DNA of 64,000 bases from Epithemia pelagica. Taxonomy: Eukaryota > Protista > Bacillariophyta. The notes beneath the pieces were generated by a model. That model was not told the DNA's origin and ran no database searches. It worked only from the letters and a program-made list of their open reading frames with translations. Position 1 is the stretch's first letter; every line of letters starts with the position of its first letter. The stretch is from contig OX337229.1 in NCBI GenBank assembly GCA_946965045.2, positions 4,402,001-4,466,000 of the forward strand, given 5' to 3'. A program made the translations under genes and the position numbers. Shown piece by piece: positions 33,486-42,900 of the stretch.

Positions 33486-35477
33486 TTAGGATGCTTCTTG
33501 TTTCGATTCGTCATTGTCGTCGTCTTTCGTGGTGGTAGCGGCAGTATCTTGTTGTTCCGTCGTTGTTGTGGTAGCATGGTCTCGTTTTTGTTTCTTTTTG
33601 GTTCGACTTTTCCGCAGTCGTTGATTTTTGAGACGAGCGACATCTTTGCGTTTGGCATTGTTCCACGAGGAGGCTTGTGACTCTCGTAGGGCGGGACCTC
33701 GTGTTTCCAAATTTTTGGTCATGGCCACTCGACCAAATCGATCGCGTTCCAAAACATGACGAGGAAACGCACGATCGGGTGACAGATCACCGAGGGAGGG
33801 TTCCTGCTGTTCTGGTTGTTGTTCTCCAGGAACAGTCTCTTCTTGTAGGTCCGCAAAGGAACAAATGCACTGTGTTGTGGGCCCGAGGATGGTATCACTT
33901 TGGCTGCTGTTATTCGTAGTAGTAGACGATGGTGGGAGGAGACACGATAGCAAAAACTGGGAATCTCGCACCAAAACCATGCATATTTCTCCGTTGGCAC
34001 TGGAGGAGGAGATGGAAGGGGCAACGGCCAAGGGACACGTAGGAAAAACAAGGGTATGCCAATGGCAAAACTCGACTGGGTGGTTCGTGGCCATGTCGTC
34101 GTCGTTGTTGGTGGTGTGACGAGACGGTCGTTCCATCTTCCAAAGGTCCACCACGGGACAATTGTCGTAAATAAGTGCGAGAACGTGACAGGAATCCAGA
34201 GACGATGACTGGTCTTGTGGTTCGAGAGCATACTGGGATGGCAGTGGAACCAGGGCCAATTTCATGGGAAGGCAGTCCGTGGACCATTGATTGGACGGCG
34301 TTTCCTCCTCCTCTTCCAAGTCTTGGCTGGTGGGTGGAGTTTGTGGTAGCAGTGGTACAATGTGTTCCTGATAATGAGCCTTCAACTCCAATGTGGTACA
34401 TAGTTGACAGGTTTGAGTATCCCACACACGAACGGTTCCATCACCGCCACAACTCACCACAGCATCGTCTTTTTGAGGTGGACTCGACACGGACGACAAG
34501 GACGCAACATCTGTGACAAAGGCTGTATGTCCGAGCAAATATCCATGGAGGCAGGACGTCATAGGAAAGGATGAGACTCGAATGATTTCATCTCGGTCGG
34601 CTGTCAACAACCATTGTTGCTGCTGTTGGGTAGAAGCAGGTGCAACAGCAAGGGCTGTCAGCATACTGGCCGTATGACCCAACAAGACTTTGCGGTAGGG
34701 ACAAGCCGTGGCTTCTTGTTCGGATTCTTTGCGAATGGTGGTAATTGCATGATGTGGATTGTTGTTGTTGTTATTGGCATTGTCATTCTTCATTGTGCTT
34801 GAGACCGCGAAGTCTGCGGCTGCGTTGGTTGGTTTGAGCAAGGCGTAGGCTGTCGCATCGCCCACCAAATCACCACACACCAGTACCAAGGACGACGATG
34901 ACAAGGGTGCAAAACACATGCTACTGATTCGTTTGGCCGTCTCATGGACCGTTGTGGGTCGAATACGAGAACGACGACGACGGGATGGGGTGGAGGAGAA
35001 TTCCCTGAGCCATATGCCAACCTCTTCCAGTGTCACTCGATAGATGAGCAAGAGTTTATTGGACAAGGCCACGGCCATCCAGAGCCAGCCACCATTACTG
35101 TTGGTTGATTCCCAACAGGCTGTCACAGCTTGTACTTGTACAGCTGGATCGTGTGCTGGTTCGTCGTCGTCCTCCTCCCCTGGCTTGTCCAAGGTCTTTG
35201 AAGTATCGTGCTGCGTGTCATTTGGGTCCACAGTACTTGTTGTTGTTGACATCGCTGACGTTTTTTCCTCTGGTGGCACCAATTCCAAGTAGAATCGATC
35301 CAGTGTCGAATCACCCATTCGCCTTCGTTGAAGGCCAACCAAGGCTCGATCTCGGATCCCCACAATCCATCCGGACCATGGTCCTTCTTGTGGTGGTGGT
35401 TGTGGATTGTTGGTCTTAGTCACGCTGTTGTTGCTCGAAGCACCTGGAATGACAAAAGAATGCAACAATTGCTTCAT
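33486..35477 (-). CDS. WDR4: WD40 protein, WDR4/Trm82-like (non-catalytic subunit of the tRNA m7G46 methyltransferase)
   Basis: LLGHTASMLT...LLTADRDEIIRVSSFP...GYLLGHTAFVTDV...SCGGDGTVRVWD is the Trm82/WDR4 signature. The open frame extends to 35561; start placed at MKQLLHSF. Confidence 0.82.
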   Translation of the reverse strand: MKQLLHSFVIPGASSNNSVTKTNNPQPPPQEGPWSGWIVGIRDRALVGLQRRRMGDSTLDRFYLELVPPEEKTSAMSTTTSTVDPNDTQHDTSKTLDKPGEEDDDEPAHDPAVQVQAVTACWESTNSNGGWLWMAVALSNKLLLIYRVTLEEVGIWLREFSSTPSRRRRSRIRPTTVHETAKRISSMCFAPLSSSSLVLVCGDLVGDATAYALLKPTNAAADFAVSSTMKNDNANNNNNNPHHAITTIRKESEQEATACPYRKVLLGHTASMLTALAVAPASTQQQQQWLLTADRDEIIRVSSFPMTSCLHGYLLGHTAFVTDVASLSSVSSPPQKDDAVVSCGGDGTVRVWDTQTCQLCTTLELKAHYQEHIVPLLPQTPPTSQDLEEEEETPSNQWSTDCLPMKLALVPLPSQYALEPQDQSSSLDSCHVLALIYDNCPVVDLWKMERPSRHTTNNDDDMATNHPVEFCHWHTLVFPTCPLAVAPSISSSSANGEICMVLVRDSQFLLSCLLPPSSTTTNNSSQSDTILGPTTQCICSFADLQEETVPGEQQPEQQEPSLGDLSPDRAFPRHVLERDRFGRVAMTKNLETRGPALRESQASSWNNAKRKDVARLKNQRLRKSRTKKKQKRDHATTTTTEQQDTAATTTKDDDNDESKQEAS

Positions 35478-35959
35478 GATCGGCGTGGATTCGTGTGGAG
35501 CTCGTTGTGGTTGCGGTGATTTTGTTGTTTCAATAATAAATGGTTCACAGCAGCAGTACAAGAAGAGGATCGACGATTAGTACAGCAACGTTCTTTGACA
35601 CTGGTTGGCTGACACAGACTTGTGATTGTTTTGGTTCTGCTGTCACGGTTCACGGTGTTCTCCACATCATGGTCGAGGACAACAAGACAACAAAATTGTG
35701 GTTGTCGCAAGTGGTAAAAGACGTAGAGACTAAATGATTAGCTGTTGGGTCGCTTTACCGAACGATTGCTATCTCAATCTATCAAAGTCAACGTGAGTTA
35801 GCATGTGTGCTCTCTCTTCAACGACAGGTTTTGATGACATACTTAAAAGAAAATGGAAAATGTGCATGGCGTCTAGCCCATAGTGGACAAAACGGTCACA
35901 ATGCTGACAAACGCAAGCACTGGTTGGTCTTTGTTGACCAGTATGAAGTCTTAGATGTT

Positions 35960-36727
35960 CTATTCTTGCATGCTTTGGGCTTTGAGCGTCCATTCCTTGG
36001 CCTCGTCCTTCTGCTTCATCTTGTTGTACGTTTCAGCAATTTTCGTAGCCACCGCGGCGGAAGGCCGCATCTCAAATGCCTTGGTAAAGTAGTCAAGGGC
36101 CTCGGGATAGGACGATTGTGGAGGGGTCCCAAACAAGAGTTTGGCTGCATTCCGTTCCAATAGACCAATGCCAGCCACTTTGAAACACCATTCCCCCAGG
36201 GCTTGTTGAATGGAGGCATCGTCCGGCAATTCCTTCATGGCCTGTAACAAGGAGTCGCGAATGATAAAGGAGTTTTGCATCTTTTCCTTGGTGGATTGAA
36301 AACTACCCAATTTACCCAAAACAATGGCTTTCCATTTCAACAAGTAACCAGAAGTAGGAAATTGTTCCAAACCCCTTGTGACCAGATCGGCACCCGTGCG
36401 CAAGAACTCCTCTTGTTCTTGCTTGTTGGAGGACTGGGCGAAGAGTTCGTAATGGGCCTTGACATACCGCCACAACAATTCTTCACTGTCTTGGACGGCC
36501 GACGCATCTTGTTGATACATGTCGTGCAAGGTCGCATATGCCGAGTCCAGTTGACGACTTTCAAAGGCTTTGTCCACCGTTTCCAAGACTTCATGAGCAG
36601 CGGTCGTGGCTCCCAAACGAAGCAAATAAGAATCATGACTACGAACATTTGGATGGATGGAAAAGGAATGGACACCCAGGTGGCAGGCCGCCACACAAAC
36701 GAGAGCGATCCATACAAGAAGAAACAT
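35960..36727 (-). CDS. Regulator of microtubule dynamics (RMDN/FAM82)-like TPR protein with N-terminal signal/presequence
   Basis: LLWRYVKAHY, KWKAIVLG, GEWCFKVAGIGLLERNAAKLLFGTPPQSSYPEALDYF match RMDN family motifs. N-terminus MFLLVWIALVCVAACHLGVHS-FS. Confidence 0.85.
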   Translation of the reverse strand: MFLLVWIALVCVAACHLGVHSFSIHPNVRSHDSYLLRLGATTAAHEVLETVDKAFESRQLDSAYATLHDMYQQDASAVQDSEELLWRYVKAHYELFAQSSNKQEQEEFLRTGADLVTRGLEQFPTSGYLLKWKAIVLGKLGSFQSTKEKMQNSFIIRDSLLQAMKELPDDASIQQALGEWCFKVAGIGLLERNAAKLLFGTPPQSSYPEALDYFTKAFEMRPSAAVATKIAETYNKMKQKDEAKEWTLKAQSMQE

Positions 36728-36967
36728 TTTTGACAACGAGAAAACAACAAGCTGTGTGTATGTATTGCAAGGATCGTCACTAACAAGTCCTTAATGACAT
36801 GGAAAAGAACACACTCCTGTGCAAAACGACTTTTCTGGCCTCGTGTTTCGTGTACTCGTCGTCATTGATCCATTGTCACCATTCTCTCGCGTCATTTCTT
36901 TTGGTCAGGAGGAATCTTTTCGACGAATCTTGGGTCGCACATAATCTGGTTGCTCTTGGGTCGCTGT

Positions 36968-37831
36968 CTTGGGGCTCCACGTCAGGCCACGTACAAAAAT
37001 TGCGATGCTTTTTGGAAGCAATATGTCACTGCCCTTGCTGGGAAGACGTACATTTGCTGTGGAGTTTCCGGAGCCGGAAAAACTACCGCCGCTTTTTACC
37101 TTTTGCATGGTGATTTGAATATCCGGCACCAGCCTAAGCGAGCCATTATGATTCGGCAAAGCGATTCTATCAATGTGCCATTGTCATTCTGCCAACACCA
37201 CTTTGGGTCCCCGGACGCGGCCCCAGTACTTCATACTCTCCTGATAGAAGCATTGAAACCACCGGAAAATCGTCGAACAGTGGCACCGAAAAGATTACTG
37301 GATGCGGTTAGACTGGCCGCAGCTTCTCTGGCGAGGAGTTGCCATTCGACTGGCTTCGAGACGGATCTAGTGCGGTTGATAAATGCCAATGAGCTGGGTC
37401 CCTCAAAGATTCGTCAAAACTGTTCCTAGCTTCCACTCCTGATTATTGACGGTCTCTCACGGTCAGACGCGAATAGAATCTTCGTCTCTAGTCTTTACGA
37501 GGTCGCTTATGAAGCTCGGGTGACAGTATTTGTACTTGTCAAGGATACGGAATTCGCAAACGAGTTGTGCAATCTTCACGGAGGCCGCCACGTATTGCCT
37601 TGTGATCCTCTCATTAACAATCCTCGCGGAGACAATGTTGGCCAACACTTTTCGGAGACACCTGACTGGAACGGTATGCATTGGCGGCTGACAGACATCA
37701 AGAATTTTGCCGCAGCCGCCGGCATTTCAAACGAAGAATTACGCGAGGGGATGACACCAGGCGAAGTCGAAGATTTGAGTGAACTTGCCGATCTGGTCGC
37801 GCAAGAAGCGTTCACACCGGACAATTCGTAA
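36968..37831 (+). pseudogene. 5'-truncated P-loop NTPase fragment with an internal in-frame TAG (37427-37429)
   Basis: Walker A ICCGVSGAGKTT and Walker B-like LPLLIIDG lie in the same frame on either side of one stop; no upstream start. Confidence 0.6.
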
Positions 37832-37881
37832 TCAGAGCGCTATCGATTGTCGAACGACTGCTTGTCGTATCGATACATATT

Positions 37882-37993
37882 ATGTGGCGAACACCGTGAA
37901 CCGTGACAGCAGAACAACAACAATCACAAGTCTGCGCCAACCAACCAGTGTCAAAGAACGTTGCTGTACAAAACGTCCATCCTCTTCTTGTAC
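37882..37993 (-). repeat. Inverted, diverged copy of 35556-35667 (region upstream of WDR4)
   Basis: CACCGTGAACCGTGACAGCAGAAC...CAATCACAAGTCTG...CCAGTGTCAAAGAACGTTGCTGTAC is the reverse complement of the 35556-35667 segment. Confidence 0.9.
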
Positions 37994-37998
37994 CTACC

Positions 37999-38358
37999 GC
38001 AAATAAGAATCATGACTAGGAACATTTGGATGGATGGAAAAGGAATGGGGACACCCAGGTGGCAGGCCGCCACATAAACGAGAATGATCCATACAAGAAG
38101 AAACATGGTTGACAATTGACAACTAGAAACCAACAAGCTGTATGTATGTCTGTCCTTGTGTATTGTGGAAGGATCGTCGCTAACAAGTCCTCAATGACAG
38201 GGAAAAGAACACTCTCCTGTGCGAAACGAATGCATCCTTATTCTGGCCTCGTGTCTCGTGTACTCGTCGTCATTGATCCATTGTCACCATTCTCTCGCGT
38301 CATTTTGTGAGGAGGAATCTTTTTGGGTCTCACATACTCTGGTTGCTTGGGTCGCTGT
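37999..38358 (+). repeat. Direct, diverged copy of 36622-36967 (5' end plus upstream region of the RMDN-like gene; frameshifted fragment)
   Basis: Collinear match from GCAAATAAGAATCATGACT to GGGTCGCTGT with small indels. Confidence 0.92.
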
Positions 38359-39959
38359 GTCCAAGTGAGACGGTCTGCGTTATGCGTAAGCGTGCTCGAC
38401 TCGTAGTGTTATTGTATGCGTTGGATTTCGAATTTAGTCGGAGCATGCCATAAATATCGTATGCACTGCCAGGCTCGACATAATTACATATGGCATTTCA
38501 GAAATGTTGGTGCTGGATTGGGTAGAAGGGCTGTTGAAATTGGATTTGATCAATATTACTTAGGAAAGCAATCTAACGGGCCGTTTCGACAATTCCTGAC
38601 GCGTGGAACACCACTTCCCATCTGTTGTCGTCCTCATACAACTGTTGTAGTTTAAGTTTTCCAAGCAAAGGACACTCTTGAGATTAAGTCCCATGCGATC
38701 CAAAATGTACGGCAACTCGAGACATGAGCCTACAACCTAGCAGGAAGTTCGCGAACAGGAGAGTTTTTGTTGTCTGGTTGTTAAGTTATCGTACAGGGCT
38801 GTTTTGTTTGGACCGATGGATTCAACCCACACGCAGGGCGAGCAATCGTATGTTCATGGAGGAATCCATTCGGACATGTCCGGACTACCTTCTGTGATAT
38901 AGTAGGAATCGCGCAGCTCGTCGTTATTCGTGCCATTCGTCCAATTTTTATTTATTGTCCTTCGTGCTCGTACTTGCCAAGTTTGGAGGGGAGAGTCTCC
39001 CCCATAAGAGGAGGCATGCTTCCCGATTTAGAACGGGGTCGCGCCTTTCGTATTCCGTTGTGGTGGTGGTTGGAGCTCCTCCCCACGTCCCACGCTCTTC
39101 TCGCTCGGCCGCTCATCGCTGTCTTGTTTATTTCGTCGGGGAGTTCTTTCTTGTTTGATGTCCTCGGTAAACGGTGGCTCTTTTCTTTCTCGCTTTCGTT
39201 TTTTTTCCTCTGCGGAACAAGAAGACGTTGTTGCGCTACCGTTTCGGCGCGTGTGTGAGGTGTCTTTCTTGTAATCCTCCCTGCCGTTGTTTGTTGTGTC
39301 TGCGATTGTCGGGTGCGCGGAACAATTGGCTCCTTGTTGCCTTTTTGGATTGTATGACCTCGTCTGTCTCGAGAGAACAATACACGATCCTCCCTCTGCT
39401 GCTGGTATCGCATCCGTTGCCTGGATTGGTTGTCAGTCCGTAAACAAAACACAACCAAGGCATCTTTTGTCACAACAAGAAGAACAACCATTGAGCCAGA
39501 GTTGTAGCTCTTTTTTGTGTGTATTGGATCACCCGCTCGTTAGAATATTTCTGGTTTGGAAGCGTGAATGGGGTACCTCGGTGCATCAACAACAACGCAC
39601 GGCGTGTGAAACCACTGGGCAAAAAAGGGTTGATCTGTTCTGGGAGGAGTGAACGGGTGGAAGCAAAGGCAGCACTATCAACCAACAATTTGCAAGTTAA
39701 TCCATAACTGCAGTAGAACACCAAGAGACAGTGCGCAACCATCCAGTGGAGCAAGAATCGTTTGCATTTTTTATCCGTTTGAGGGCTCTACCATTGAGCA
39801 GCAACTTCTCTTTGTTTTTTGTTGTACTGACTTGGTTCAATTGAACAAAACAGATCAATTATTTTGTGCTCAAATCAAGGCAATTGAGCAATTTGTGGGT
39901 TTCTTTTGTTCGAGTGGGCACCTGGATCAACTTTTTTTGCGCGGTAAATATTTTTCGAA

Positions 39960-42900
39960 ATGACCATGACGATGCGTTTGGGTTCCAATTCACAAGAGCA
40001 AGGACAAGTAATAACCTCCTTACCCGGAGCTCCTCCAAACGACGAATCACCACATATTCACCATCCTCTCGTCACTCGGCCTGGAGACCCACCCTTTAAG
40101 CGGAACCGTACAACCAGCGACAAGCCACAACTCGAAGATCAAAGCAGTAGCACCAATTCTTCTTCCTCCTCCTCGTATCGCCCAAGATATCCCTATCCGA
40201 TTCAGGATGCTACGGTCACAACGGACTTTGTCGATGCTGTGATAACCGTCAACAACGATCCTAACGACCTGCCAAGGCATGCGAGAACACAAAGCCATCA
40301 AGTGCTTCCCGTGCATTTTTCTACAACAAACAATACTTCGAATCACGGGGCCAGGCATGTGAGAAACCATAGCCACCACAGCGTGCCCCTTCATCCATCG
40401 ACCTGGGCGCCGTCGTTGGTTGTTTCGCAACCGGAATCGTCAGTACCTCTTCCACCACCAAGGATTGACCCTTTGACCAGACCCACTGGTTTGGCACATT
40501 CCACTTCGTCCGCTTCTTCTTCGGCCTCGTCATCTCCCTCTTCGACCTGTTCTTCCCGCAAGAGTCAGGCAAGTGCAGCCGTTGATGCCATGCTGGATGC
40601 TCGATTGCAACGCATGTTGGATGCACCAGATCCGGTTCCACCATCTTCCTTGGTAGTCATTGGACCATTGGACGAGAATGATCACAACGACGAGGCACCA
40701 CCTTCGGGTGCTTCGGTAGACCATCCGGTCGATTTGACGTGGTATCGTGGACCCCCCGAAGAAGAAGAAGAAGACGTCCCTGGAGTGGTGAACGACGAAA
40801 TGGATACACAACACGAATTTCCGCTTCCACTCAATCAATACCATTGGCAACAAGATGAAATGGACGATGGAGTTAAAATTGCAGCCAATGAAGTGCAGAA
40901 AACAAGACATTTTCAGAATTATGAGCATCATCATCATGATGATGGGGCGCCTGGCCCCATGGATCCACCAGGTAGTAGCCCTTTGGGTCAAGCTCCTCCA
41001 CCACCAAACATGGATGACAATGATGATGAAGAGGAACTTCATTATGCGAGATTAGAGACAGTCCCCGGTCGAGCAAATCCTTCTCTTGTTGGTTCTTCTG
41101 ATCGTCCTTCCAAAAGAGTGGATTCGAGAACATTACACTCACGACCGGCGTCGATTCATAAAAGACCACGTTCGTCGTCCTTGTCCTCTACGCAGCACCA
41201 TCGAGCATTGACGTCTCCTCCAACACCTCCACCGACACATTCCTTGCATCACCCATACAGTCGACCGGGCTTGTTACGTACACCTCAACGCTCTGTCGAA
41301 ATGTGGAAAGCACACGAATCGCCCGTCGAAAGTCCGCGTACGCAACGATCGTCCTCTTTTTTCAATCCTTGGGCACAGCCCAGTTCAATGGCCAAAACTG
41401 GATTGTCCAGTGGGGTGCATATGTTCACAGCGAATCGCCACGATGGTCCGAAGAGCATTTATCAACAAACATGGGAGCATCGGCAACGGCGGCGACAAAG
41501 CTTAGGTGGTATGAATGATTTTGGGGGATCAGGACAAGGGGGTGTCTTTACCATGGGGCTTTTTGCCAATCAAAATCATCACATTACTTCTACTAATGAT
41601 CTGCACGATGACTCAGATGACGAAGAGGACGCATCCTCGGTAGATTCGGAAACAATGTTGGAATTATGGGCTTCCAAAATACGTGCCGAACTTCGCCATG
41701 AAGCTCTTATTGAAATGGCATTGGAAGCGGAACGGGCCGCTGAATCGGGACAAGAGAGTTTTTCTCTCTCTCGTCCTTGGGCGTATCGTGAAAATGAATC
41801 CGAAAATGAGGAGGAAAAGGAAACGGATAGCAAGTTTGAAATACCTCATCACATACGGCGGCGGCGTCCGCCTCATGCTGTTCGCGCCGAGTCGTCCATG
41901 GCAGCCATATCTCAATCCCAGGAGTTACCTCCTCACTCCGTTTTACGACGGAACGCCTCCTACACTGAAGGTATTACTCCCCATCCAGTACCACGGCTCA
42001 GTGTCCTTAGTACAAGTGCACAGTACTCGTTTGTGACCGGTCGGACTGGGAGTTTGACCATGACGTTGGGAAGGAAGCGACAATTGCGTCCACCAAAAAT
42101 ACCGATTCAAGAACTACGCAATGTAGATGAAGTGTTTCCTGATCTGGATAACTTGCACAAGAATTTGCAAACGCATTTGGCCCGAAATACTTGTCGCGAA
42201 GACTGTTTATTTTTTGATGAACAAACGGAAGAAGTATTGACGCCCGTCGACGACAAGGGTGGTCCAAGTGCAGTGAAGAGTTCCGGTGAACAGGATGAGC
42301 TTTCTCCTCTTGCAGCCATAACGACACACCGAACCAAGAAAACCAGAAACGGTGAGAAGGACAGAGAAGCTACAGCTGCCTACAAAAAACCACACGAAAG
42401 GTCTTTTTCAATCAATACTGCGAATTCGTCTTCTTCGTTCCTGGAATCCTTTAGTTTTGATTTGTTGGGGAGTGCTGCTGCAGCAGGGGTTTCCATTATT
42501 CAGTGCCCTAGCAACATGACAAAGTCAGAAGACGAGGGGGATATTTTTGATAGCAATGATGTTGGGAGTGGGGATGGAGACAACTCCACCGGTGGAATTG
42601 GGGATTTACTGGCGAATCACATTGCTTCGTCCAAGCTCAAACCTCCTCCCAAACGTGAAATGCTTCCAGGCTTGGAAGAAGCAGTGGAACAACTTCAACA
42701 GCTCGTGGTCGCCGTAGGAAAACTACAGCCGTCGGCTGCTGCTGCTTCAGCTGGCGATACCGCTGCGAAAGCTTCCTCTTCCTCGCTCCTTACCAACTCT
42801 CCACAACGTTCCTCGCATGCAAACAAACTCGAAAGACAGGATAGCCATGAACACTTCGTTATAAAGACACCAACGCAGCAGACTCGGGGACAGCCTACAA

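Noticed and set aside
36622-38358. LTR-like element formed by the ~350-bp direct repeats
   Set aside because: The repeats contain the RMDN start codon region, lack TG...CA ends, PBS and TSD; this is a segmental duplication.
38952-39491. 179-aa minus-strand ORF
   Set aside because: Compositionally the reverse of a CT-rich UTR/promoter of the downstream gene; no domain.
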